Assembly (NCBI GenBank): GCA_002269645.1
Contig: NIVC01000006.1
Location: 744,001 to 808,000 of the forward strand
Source: Macrostomum lignano
Lineage: Eukaryota
Direction: 5' to 3'
DNA length: 64,000 bases
Positions 37,935 through 49,404 of the stretch are shown one piece after another. Numbering within the stretch: the stretch's first letter is position 1; each line of letters begins with the position of its first letter. A program made the position numbers and the translations under genes. Under the pieces are notes generated by a model that had not been told where the DNA came from, made no database searches, and saw nothing but the letters and a program-made list of their open reading frames with translations.

Positions 37935-39360
37935 TGATGCCAATAAAGTCTTCATGCACTTGTAAATCTGGCTTTGAAACCCACCGAATGCACACTGACA
38001 TTTGTTCCTTGCAGCTTACGTCATGTGATTCATCAGCAATCAATGCGAATGTTGTTGACTTCTCACTAATGTCAAGTAACAAATTCAGAGAACCTGATAT
38101 GCCATGATTTCCATTATCTCTCCAATCACATCAACACTCAAGTACTTAGAATCCTTTAGCCAAGATTGCAGTTCAGGCACATCTTCAGACCTTAAAATAA
38201 GCAGCTATCTAAGATTGCCTTCAATCTCCTAACTATTTCTTATTGCCATTCCTTGACGCATAAGATATCACAATGAGCTAAAAACCCACTGCAGATTTTC
38301 CCAATTTTGTAATAGCTGTTGAGAATGAATAGCATCTAATTGTGCTCCTATTGTAGATTGTAATTTCAGTCAAGTGTACACCTTCTCGTAGGCTTCTTAG
38401 TGAAAATGACTGTTATTATGTTTCTTTAGCTTTTCAATTGCTTTCTTCCAGTCACAAAAGCCGCGAGAGGTGAATGTACTCTCTCCACAACTTCTTGATA
38501 GCTTCATGCCTGAGTTTAACGCAAAGCAACAATAAAAACAAAAAAAGGTGCCTTGAGATAAGCAGTATGTAAGCCAGTCAAACTGCACAAACCATTGTAG
38601 TTGGCATGATCGACTTGCATTGCAATCTAGCAGTATCCGCAGTCTAACATTTCGCATGGATTAGATGTGCTAGTGCTAAGAATGGTATTTTTTGCTGCAG
38701 ATATAGCAGTCTCACCAACATCAGCATTGGCAATAGCGGCAGGGGCAGTAGGCTCTCTAGAGTCAGCATTGGCAGCAGCGGCAGGGGCAATAGAGTCAAC
38801 ATTGGCAGCGGCAGGGGCAGTAGAGTCAGCATTGGCAGTGGCAAGGGCAGTAGAGTCAGCATTGGCAGTGGCAAGGGCAGTAGAGTCAGCATTGGCAGTG
38901 GCAGGGGCAGTAGAATCAGCATTGGCAGTGGCAAGGGCAGTAGAGTCAGCATTGGCAGTGGCAAGGGCAGTAGAGTCAGCATTGGCAGTGGCAAGGGCAG
39001 TAGAGTCAGCATTGGCGGTGGCAAGGGCAGTAGAATCAGCATTGGCAGTGGCAGGGGTAGTAGAGTCAGCATTGGCAGCAGCAGCAGGGGCAGTAAGCTC
39101 TCTCGAGTCAGCTTCAGTAGCAGCAGCTGTGCCAGATGGAGCATTCGAGTTAGCTTCAATGGGAGAAACAAGCCTAAAAACAGCAATTAACAAGCAGCAT
39201 ACAGCTTAATATCAACACAGTAGCATATCTTCATAGCCTACATTTAGATTACGTATTTACCAGTTAGTCATTTTCCTTGACTTTTTGGCTGCCTGTACAG
39301 CCTGTTTTATATCCTCTTCATGTTGTTTCTTTCTCCTTTTAGCCATTGGCATTTTATTTT
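37935..39360 (-). pseudogene. Decayed hAT-superfamily (ZMYM1-like) transposase
   Basis: FALIADESHDVSCKEQMSVCIRWV...EDFIG (hAT ADESxD motif), GFCDWKKAIEKLKKHNNSHFH, N-terminal MAKRRKKQHEED; multiple stops and frameshifts. Confidence 0.75.
38690..39100. repeat. 30-bp minisatellite (ATANADSTAL in frame on minus strand) within the hAT remnant
   Basis: gcagtagagtcagcattggcagtggcaagg repeated. Confidence 0.9.
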
Positions 39361-41998
39361 AGATTGTATTTTTCTGAAACTGATAGGTATGTACGGCTCT
39401 GAATTTTTGCTGAAGGCTCTGAAGCCAAGCTTTTAAGCCCAGTCCAATATAGGTGTAGTGATTCATATAGCATTATTTATTTAAAAGCATACTACACCGT
39501 CTGTCTTTCTCAGATCCCAGTAACGTTGCTTATAAGACCCACTGTCTTATTATTTCATCCTCAGTGGACTCCCCACATTCCCTGCACTCCACTGACCACT
39601 GGCAAGATTCATAAATATACTGTCTATGTACATCTACATGGGGGTGGGGCCCTTGCTGGTCCACTGTAAGGGACAAGGTCAGAATCTCTGGAGTGGAGAA
39701 GGGGCAGGACAGGAAAGGAAAACTTGAGTGCAGTCCAGTCAAGATTTAGCAATAAACAAGAGACAGAAAGGATGGATAAGGAGTAGTGGACATTAAGCAC
39801 TGTACATTCAAATCAAAGTGAATGGTTTAACTTTAATGGATTTGGGGGGCTTGGCCCTACTTGGGTTGTGCTTATTGGGCGCAACTAAGGTCCTAGGACA
39901 CAGGGCACTTAAAAAATTTACTGGGGCACTTAAAAAATTTACTGGGGCACTTAAAAAATTTACTGGGGCACTTTGAAATTTTAAAAGGGCACTTTTAAGG
40001 GTCTTTCAAAAAGTGGGGGGCTTATGCCCCCCGGTTCTGACACCCCTGCTACCAGTGTTATACCCAGGCTTCTCCTACTGTCTAGCACAATGGTTTTGGC
40101 TCTCCGTCTTCTCACTTGGAAGTCTTTTTAACTTTCAGTAGCATAGGTAATGTTGCCACTAGTTCTTTTAGGTCTTGGCCTTCGATGAGGTAAGCTTCCC
40201 ATTGGAACAAAATAACAGAGTCAACGAACTCAGCACAATGTACAAATTTGCAGCTCAATGTACAGGGCATCTCATCAGCAATACCTGCCAGGCTTGGTTG
40301 GTGGATGGGAGAGCTATGTTAGCCTCTCGTAGGTTGGGGGTTGGGTTTAGTAGGATCTCAGTCAGACCAATAGCAATGAACTCAATGTACGCAGATGGGC
40401 GCTTAGTATAGGCACTCAAACTTAGAAACTCATAACTCAAGAAACTCCTTGACAGAAAAAAAGGAGAGAGGGGTCTTATTTATAGCCAAGATTCTCCCGC
40501 ATACAAGACCTCGTGACTTGTTCTATTTTTAGAACTGACATCACTTGAGGTCTCTGGGCAGAGTGCGCCAGGCTGACTCAGTGGCTATTTTTAGCAACAT
40601 GAGTCACTCCTCTCTTTAGAGAAGGGAAGGGCCTTAGGCATGTGATTCTCCTAGTAAACAGGACTAGTAAACATGTTTACCATACTTTAAGACTCCAAGA
40701 ATGCAAGATATGTCATATGACTTGCTCACATGACAGAGGAAACCAAGATGGGAACAAAAACAAAGACAGCCCATAGCAGAGAGCTGAGAACAGAGGGGAT
40801 TTCACTTAGTGCTAGATATGGTCCTATATCAGTATCATCAGTACTGCATGCCTGGCATCTTAGTCTACTACATGGCTGTTTCAACTCTAAATGTATTACC
40901 ACATTCATTTTTGGCTCATTTCTATAGCAAACTATTCTCGCATACAAAACCTATATATGTAGATTTATAGGCATTGTTTGTCTATGGCCTGTGCATCAAT
41001 GCCATACAGCAATAGCATTATTGCACAAAATTTTTTTACATACTATTACAAGTACAAAGGAATAATCTCTAAAATGATGTTGAATGCCCAATTTCCTAAA
41101 AAATAGCAATAGATGCTTGCACAAATGTACAGCAAGCTTGCTGGCGAGTAGAAACCTCCGTTGGCCTTATTCAAGTTCCATAGAAAAGGTGTACCGCACA
41201 CGCCAGTGCAGAGCATTCACACTTAGTGATGTCAACTTAAATGGATCCATTTGCATTGATGAAGTCATTCAGTTGCTTTACTAAGCTCCTCCTCTCTTGA
41301 TACTGGTAATGCAACACTCTTTATCCAACTTGTCAACTGACTATTCCAATGTGAACACTTGATCAATATCCTCGAGAGAAAGTGCTTCAGCAGCTTTCTC
41401 CAAGCCAAAATCATCCATGTACTTCTTGATCTCGGCGCCAGTAAGTTCACTTATCCATTAAATTTTATCATTCTACGAGGGAAAGTGTCCCAGTGAAGAA
41501 GCCGGGTTGTAGTCATTTTACAGCTTGTTAGTCAACTGAGAAGTCCTTTCTTTTCTTAACTTACTATCTATGAGTATATAGCACTGTTTTGTAGGACATA
41601 GTCTATGGTAGTCTGGTAAAAATGAAACAATATAAAACCTTTAGTTCATACCATAGACATAAGTATACACACACTTTCTAAGTATTAAATTTTAGCTGGC
41701 TTATGTGGTGCATGGATGAAAGAATAAAATTATATTCCTTCATCCATGATGTGGGGGCTCTGCACCCACACCCCCAGAATGGTGCTAAACACTACCATAG
41801 ACAAAATGCTTTAAAAAAAATTAAAGATAGCAAGGATGCACGCACAGAAAAACAATGGATAACTAAAGCATGGCTTTAGTCATAAAGACACTTGTGTTAT
41901 GAATGTTGCTACACTCCTAGCTATGCTTTAGTGCCTCATTAATAGTACATTAATACCTATGCTTTAAGGGTTTTAATGGGAAAATCAAAGGGCACTGT

Positions 41999-41999
<1 letters not shown>

Positions 42000-42047
<48 letters not shown>
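42000..42047. repeat. (GA)n microsatellite
   Basis: Nearly pure dinucleotide run. Confidence 0.95.
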
Positions 42048-42051
<4 letters not shown>

Positions 42052-43582
42052 CAAGGATTTCTCATTAATGCTCGCAAAGCATGGGTATTACTATTATTGT
42101 GCCATAGACATTTGTGTCGTTGACAAAGTAGGACAGAAAAATTGTGCAATAAATGTCATTTAACTGCCTACTAATTTGTATTAAAGTAAGTTTGACAAAG
42201 ACAATTGGGCATTAAATGTCATTAACTACCTGCTAATTTTGATATTTCTTTATTGCAAGCAAGCTTAAATGTAGTCTATGGCATTAAAAGGCAAGAATAA
42301 GTGTCCAACGGGCACAAAGGTCATAGTTTAGCAGTCACTATTATGATGGATGTATTAAAACAAACTTGTAAATTTTAGAAAAAATTTTTTAACATTTATG
42401 GTTCATGAAATCTTGTTTTGTAAAATGTTTTGCAATGTTTTGTAATGTCTTGTTTTGTAATATTTTGTGAAAACATTGTTTATTCAAAATTGAAACTTAA
42501 CTTAAAGACAGGCTATATTTTCTAGGAAAAGCATCTATTAACAAATAAAACTAGGTCGTATTTTTGGTCAAAACTAAGTTGCATGACCAGCATAATTTCA
42601 GAGGTTGCGCATGTATGAACTAGCAGCTCACTACACTATAGGTGTATTGACTTATTGTAAAAAAACTATTATATCAACTAGATAAAAATTTGAAGTTACA
42701 CATGTATAAATTGCTATATGATATGATGTTTCTGTTTTCAATATTATTAATCCAATAATTATATATTATATATTTTAATGTTTCACCATAACCAATTTTT
42801 TATATTTATTATTTTTTTTCTAATAGTCTATATATCCATATATTAATATTCATAGCTAATTAATTCTTTATAAGTCATTTCCAATTAGTCATAAACTTCA
42901 CTGGCTATTTTAATTAGCTGGAACTGCATTTATCTTATCTTTAGCTAATTATCCTAATTATCCTAACTATGCAATGCAATGTGCACATAGGGTCAAAAAG
43001 CCCTGTTGTTTAAGCTCCTGACCTTAAGGACTTAGAGCCCCTTCACATTAAAAATGAAAACATTTATCTTAACTTAATCCCCTACCATACCAACTATATA
43101 ATATGCACATAGCATTAAAATATCTCTCACTTGATCCAATTAGACTTCTCCTTGCAAAGGTTCTGAAACAAAAAACAAATTGACACCCATTAAATCCATA
43201 GTTGGGATGTTTCCCATATCTATATTGGCATATTGTGTCTTAAAACCTCCATATCTATTACTTCATATAGCCATATCTGTAGCTTTTATGGAACTCTAAC
43301 ATATTTACTCTATTATATAATGATACAAGCTGTTAAAACCCGCGGATTTTGAACCCGGGGAACTCCATTCCCTGTAATTATTTTTGCATGTATTCTAAAA
43401 TCTGAGGTCAAACTCAAACAAAAACTTGTTCATAGTTAGGATAGAGTTTAACATAAAAGAGTATACATTCATGTAAAATTAGGATTTGAGGCAAACATTG
43501 ATATTGTTGGCTGGGGTGCTGCGCAGAATGTCAGGCAAACTCTGGCCTCTACGTACCTCTGCCTCTCCCTATGTCCTTTGCA

Positions 43583-45058
43583 TCCTTTGAAACTTCATCT
43601 TCTTTTCTGTTTCCTATCTTCTCTCTCGTCTTTTCTCTCTCTCCCCTCTTATCTCTTCTTTCTTCTCTCCTCTCTCGTCTCCTCTCTCGTCTCTTCCCTC
43701 TCCCCTCTATTCTTTTCTCTCTCTTCTCCTCTCTTCGCTCTGGTCTCTGGTCTCTCATATCTCCTTTCTCCTGTTTTATCTTTTCTCATTTCTCTCTGCT
43801 CTTTACTCTCTCTTCCCTCTGCTCTCTGCTCTCTCTTCCCTCACCTCTCTTCTCACTCCTTACTCTACCCTCTCTCAACACTTTCCTTATCTCTACTCTC
43901 TTCTTTTTCCTCTCTTCTCTCCCCTCTTTCCTCTCCTCTCTCGTCCTTTTCACCAATTTCCCATGTCCTCTCGATTCTCTCCCTTCCCCTCCTCTCTCCT
44001 CACTCACTTCTCATCTCTCCCTTGTCTCCACCTCTCATCCCTTATTTCTTATCTCTCCTCTTTTCTCTCTACTCTCCCATCTCTCGTCTGTTCACTCTCG
44101 TTTCTGCTCTCTCATCTCCCCTCTCTTATCTGTCATCTTTACTCTCATATGTTCTCTCACCTCTCTCCCCTTGTACTCCTCTCTTTCCCCTTTTTGACTC
44201 AGGAGGACTCGATCCTTTCTTCTTTCTTCTCGTCTCTTCTCTTCTCTCTTCTATACTCTCTCCCTCTCTTGTCTTCTCTCTTCTCTCTCACTCTCCTCTC
44301 TCCTCTCTTATATCGTCTGTTCACTCTCATCGTTGCTCTCTCACTCCCCTCTCTCTTCTGTCATCTCTCCTCTCCTCTACTGTGCACTCTTCTCTTTCCC
44401 CTCTTCTGACTCCTCTCTTTCCTTACTCCTCTCTTCTCTTCCCTCTTCTATACTCTCTTCCCTCTATTCTCTTTTCTTGTCTCTCCGCACTCTGCTCTCT
44501 CTTCCTTCATCTCTCATCTCTACTCTACTCTCTCATATTTCCTTTCATCTCACTCATCTCTACAATCTCATCTCTTTCCTCTCTCCTCCTCTTCCCTTTA
44601 CTCTATCATCTCTCCTTTGTCCTCTCTTCTTTCTCAACTCTCTCTCTCATGTCTATCTTCTCTCTTCTCACTCGTCTCTCCCTCTCTTATCTCCTCTCCT
44701 CTATCCTTTCTAATCCCCCCTCTCGATACTCTCCTCCTCTTTGTTCTCTCATCTCACTCTTCTCTACTCTCCTCTCTCATCGATCCTCTGTCTCATCTCT
44801 CCCCTCTTCTCTCTCCATCTTCTCACCTCTACTATTTCCTCTTCCTTCTCTCTCCCCTCCTCTCGCTTCTTTGTCCCATATTCTCTGCTCTCTCCTCAAC
44901 CTCGTCGTATGTCTCTCCTGTTATCTTCTATCTTTTCTTTTATCCCCTCTCGCCCCTCCTCCCTTTCTAATAGTCTATTCCTTTTCACTCTCATCTGGCC
45001 CGTAGCCATGAGCTGGATTCTTTATCTGGCCTTTGAGATAAAAATCTGCCGATCCCTG
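43583..45058. repeat. CT-rich polypyrimidine element with conserved ends (copy 2)
   Basis: Same 5' 15-mer and 3' ~50-nt motif as 23227-23890, with a ~1.4-kb CT tract. Confidence 0.75.
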
Positions 45059-45829
45059 CTTCGAAAGCCAGTTTGTGGGACGTAGTACTATCATGGTTGT
45101 TATCATTTCCCATGCTTTAATCACGTCATCTTTCTGGTCAATTAGCAGCCCTGAGAGAAATTTGTATATCTCCAGCTCCACCACCAGTCTGCAGCAGTCT
45201 AACAACCATGGAAATACGCATTTCTTAGGAGGCCATTTAAATTTTAAAGTACCTTATGCGAATCTTAATGTTAAAATTTTTATGGTGTAACTTATTTAGT
45301 AGGATTGCATTGTAATAAGTTATTCATTAATTTTTCGATATTTTTATAAACCATCCCACATCGCCTTGATTTGCCATCCTTGTTTAACTGCTGCAGACTT
45401 GTCTATTCAGAGGAAAGGAAAGTGGTTTAAAATTGAATCTCTCGCTAAACTCTCTCCTCTCCACTCGCGGGGGTACAGAGAAGGCTATTAAAAAGTTATT
45501 CCAAAACACTGTACACTCGCTATGTACATTGAGCCCTATCGCCTGACCCTTCGTCTGGCTCTGGGGGAATGAGTGAGTGAGTGGCACAAACAACAGAAAA
45601 AGCAGACAAACTTCACATGCTTACAGTTTCTGTTCTGATTGAGTTAGAGAGTTGAAACTTTACATTTAGACAGAGAATAAATCAAAGAAGAATTGTGTTA
45701 AGTTAGAAGTCAATCGCTTCACGTGGAGCAAACTTATGGCAACCGAAAGTTAGGCATTTTAAAACCTGATTCACACCCTTTGCCCAGATCGGGAAAGAGA
45801 GCAGGCGGGCGGAGGTTGGGGTGGCTGTA

Positions 45830-45990
45830 GGGATTCCAATCCCGGGATTGGGGCCAAAAATCCGGGATTTGAATCCCGGGATTTTTTTGGGAATCGAATC
45901 CCGGGATTTTTAATCCCGGGATTGCAAAAGACCGGGATCGGGATCCCGGGATTTCAAGGCCTTAATCCCGGGATTGGTCCGGGATTAGAA
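45830..45990 (+). mobile_element. Partial CCCGGG-rich MITE (left end)
   Basis: TA|GGGATTCCAATCCCGGGATT, near-identical to 46525 onward. Confidence 0.65.
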
Positions 45991-46194
45991 CGACCTTTCA
46001 ATGCCTAAATTAGATAATTTAAAGTCTAAACGTTTATTTGAATAATAAAACATTTATTTGTTTTTGCTGTTTCTCAATGAAACGTTAAACATTTGCAAAG
46101 CTCCTGTCCTAATTGAGCTAAAAATTGTTAATGTGAACTGTAAATTATAGATTATTTTAACTTTTTTTCGTTTTCTACCACGAGACGAGACTGA

Positions 46195-46455
46195 GGGCCT
46201 TTTCATATTGCTTGCTCTGGTTCCAGAACAAGAACCAATTTGTGAAGTATAAACTTTTTGTCTCCATAACTAGAGGGAGATACGTGCTATAAAGTTTTTA
46301 TTATTGAATGACAGTCGCCAAGAAGAAAGTGAAAAATTGTGCTAAGTGAGGCTGTTAAGGCAGTCAAATATTAACAGAGTTTAATAGTTATACTGCTGTT
46401 TTTCTTCGAATTCCGAACCGATTCTGGTTCTGGAATTGGTAATATGAAAAGGCCC
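46195..46455 (-). mobile_element. ~260-bp MITE copy 3 (inverted)
   Basis: GGGCC termini, TGA 3-bp TSD. Confidence 0.88.
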
Positions 46456-46483
46456 TGAGACTCTGAGAGTCGCGAGACCATGA

Positions 46484-47134
46484 CTACTGCACGCGGCACG
46501 CCGCACAGTCCGTCTAGCAATTTAGGGATTCCAATCCCGGGATCCCGGGATCCCGGGATTGGGGCCAAAAATCCGGGATTTGAATCCCGGGATTTTTTTG
46601 GGAATCGAATCCCGGGATTTTTAATCCCGGGATTGCAAAAGCACCGGGATTCCGGGATTTTGAATCCCGGGATTTCAACAGCATCGGGATTTCGGGACTA
46701 TTCAATCCCGGGATTGTAAAATGTCGGGATTTTGGAATCCCTAGGTGGCTGCCTCGCTGAAAAAAACAGCCTAACTTTAAAAGTGCACAGCGGCTTTCAG
46801 GATTAACTTTGAGATTTGAAATTTTACACGATTGTGTCAAAATAGTTGAAAATTGCCTGTGTCAAATTTGAAGAGAATCGGTAGAAGTGGAGCGGCGCTA
46901 TGGAGGATTTAGTGAAAAAATCGCGCATTTTGAGCAGTTTTTGGTACTTTTAGGCAGGAAGACTTGAGTCTAGGAAATTTAAAGATAGCCTAAGACATTC
47001 TCCGTAGTGAGTTTAGGGTGGGTGTAAAATTTGGTGTTAGTTGGTTGAGTGGTTTGGGAGTCCATAGCGATCAAAATTGTCCACAGACACACAGACAGAC
47101 AGACAGACAGAGTTTTGATTTTTATATGTATAGA
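46484..47134 (-). mobile_element. Non-autonomous Helitron (DINE-1/Lep1-like architecture)
   Basis: Minus-strand 5' end A|TCTATACATATAAAAATC followed by (TCTG)n; 3' hairpin GCGGC-gt-GCCGC (46493-46504) then GTAG|T (variant of CTAG|T). Confidence 0.65.
46525..46741. mobile_element. CCCGGG-rich MITE with TA TSD, nested in the Helitron
   Basis: TA|GGGATTCCAA...TTGGAATCCC|TA; many CCCGGG palindromes. Confidence 0.8.
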
Positions 47135-47423
47135 TACCACAATCATATAACAAACTGTTAAAACTGTGAATATTTGATTTAGCAATAGCCAGAAGTTGGG
47201 TTGAAATAGAAAAGATATAGTCCAGTGTAGGCTGTAACATTTTATTGCCTGCATTACTTTTACCCACTAAAATTAGTTAATTATATAGCTTTTAAGTTGT
47301 AATGTATTTATGCATCTACAATTATATCAAAATGTAACGCATGAACTTATATAAATTGCAAGTAAAATTGTTGCTTAAGTGCTTCAAAGAGTTGGTTGCT
47401 AGGCAGACTCAGAAGTAGAGGTC

Positions 47424-47945
47424 ATGACCTCGAGTCTGTTTCACCATGGCGGCTATCAGTCTCTGGATGGAGACACTGGCCTTGGTGGCGCAGCTGGCAT
47501 GCCCAGCATCGACTTTCACGAAGAAGAGATTGCATTTTCATCCGAGGAGACTTCGCTAGATCCCCGAGATCAATCGCACAGATTTGAACACATTCAAAAT
47601 CTTGACGACTTCTTCACTAGAGTTTATCGCTATCATCAGCGCGGCGGTTTCGTGTGCATGGCACTCGAAGAGCTGTTCCAGCTGTTCCAGTTGGCTTTTG
47701 TTGTCATTTTTTCAACCTTCTTGATGGAGTGCGTTAACTATACAGTGCTGTTTCGCAATGCTATGACTAATGGAACAAAGACTAGGCTATCCGAGGCCGT
47801 TATTAATCCGCAGTATTGCGCCGCCCACCTCAGCGGTTGGGTCGTGTTCGCTGTGATTGTGTCCATATTTGTCTGGCTAGCTAAGTTTGCCAAAGTGTCT
47901 TATAATCTTATCAAGTATTGGGAAACTCGAGGCTTTTATACACAG
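47424..47945 (+). CDS. ATG9: Autophagy-related protein 9, exon 1
   Basis: FEHIQNLDDFFTRVYRYHQRGGFVCMALEELFQLFQLAFVVIFSTFLMECVNY is the ATG9 N-terminal signature; donor CAG|GTAAAT. Confidence 0.93.
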
Positions 47946-48009
47946 GTAAATTTCATTCTTGCTTTGGTTTTTGACTGGTTGCTGGTGGCGGCAGTCATAT
48001 AAAGTCAAA

Positions 48010-48300
48010 TACAGGTAGCAGCAGTTCTAATTAGAGGATCTCATTAAGGGATTACAGGTAGCGGCAGTTCCAATTAGAGGATCTCATTAAGAGATTACAG
48101 GTAGCGGCAGTTCTAATTAGAGGATCTCATTAAGAGATTACAGGTAGCAGCAGTTCTAATTAGAGGATCCCATTAAGAGATTACAGGTAGCAGCAGTTCT
48201 AATTAGAGGATTTCATTAAAAGAGATTACAGGTAGCGGCAGTTCTAATTAGAGGATCCCATTAAGAGATTACAGGTAGCGGCAGTCCTAATTAGAGGATC
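48010..48300. repeat. 43-bp intronic minisatellite
   Basis: tacaggtagcggcagttctaattagaggatctcattaagagat. Confidence 0.92.
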
Positions 48301-48410
48301 TTCTCAAGAGATTGTAAATAAAAAACTTGTGAATATTTTCTGCTTACAAAATATACTACTAGAATTAAGTAGTAACAGACTGCTAACTTGCACTCATTCG
48401 CTTGCCCCAG

Positions 48411-49208
48411 GCCCTTAAGATATGCGACAGCTCGGAGCTGGCCAGTCTGACCTGGGCTGAGGTGCAGTCCAAGCTGTTGGCCATGCAAAAAGAATATCAC
48501 CTGTGCGTGCACAAGAGCGACCTAACGGAGCTGGATATCTATAATCGAATATTGCGATTCGAAAACTACACTGTTGCTATGGTGAATAAAGACCTGCTAC
48601 CGTTGAAGCTTCAGTTGCCGTTCATAGGCGAGAACGTGTACTTTTCCCGGTGGTTAAAGTACAACATTAAGCTAGCCCTGTTCTACTTTCCCTATTGGGG
48701 CCTGTTTGAAAACCGCTGGCACCTGAAGCCGGAGTACAAGCGACTGGACAATCGGAGCGAGTTAGTGGAAAGATTGCGCAAAATATTTCGCATATTCGGC
48801 CTGTTGAATATTCTTCTATTGCCGCTAATTTTCTTGTGGCAGATTCTGCTTTTGTTTTTCAAATACGCCGAACTGGTCAAGCGAGAGCCGTCACTACTGG
48901 GCAGCCGGCGTTGGTCTGAGTACGGCCGGGTCTACCTGCGCCATTTCAACGAATTGGATCACGAACTGGAGGCCAGATTAGTTCGAGCCTACGAGCCGGC
49001 AGCTCGCTACATGAATTGTTTCACATCTCGCGTGCTCACCGTACTCGCTAAGAATGTGATGTTCTTTGCCGGCGCTCTGCTGGTTGTGCTCATTGTGCTG
49101 TCCGTTATTGATGAGGATGTGCTGCACGTTGAGCACGTGCTCACCGGAATGACGGTGCTGGGCATTGTGGTCACCATTTGTCGGGCTAGCATACCGGATG
49201 AGAATCAG
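48411..49208 (+). CDS. ATG9: Autophagy-related protein 9, exon 2
   Basis: LTELDIYNRILRFENYTVAMVNK, LGSRRWSEYGRVYLRHFNELDHEL, FFAGALL; acceptor gccccag, donor CAG|GTGCGT. Confidence 0.95.
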
Positions 49209-49404
49209 GTGCGTGTCTGCCTGTTAACTGCGATTTCATTAATTAGGGCTTAATTGGAATCTCGGCTTGGCTCTGCTCGTGCAATTAACAACCTCGTGAT
49301 CCAACTCCCAAGACATAGTGAAAATTTACATGTACTGAGTCTGCAATAAGACTGTACGGCGTCTGTACGGCGTATTTTTTGCGCAAGGGGTTGTAGCCTA
49401 GCAG

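Noticed and set aside
39890-40049. hAT-MITE-like right end (..CTGACACCCCTG)
   Set aside because: No matching left TIR or TSD found, so it was not called as a feature
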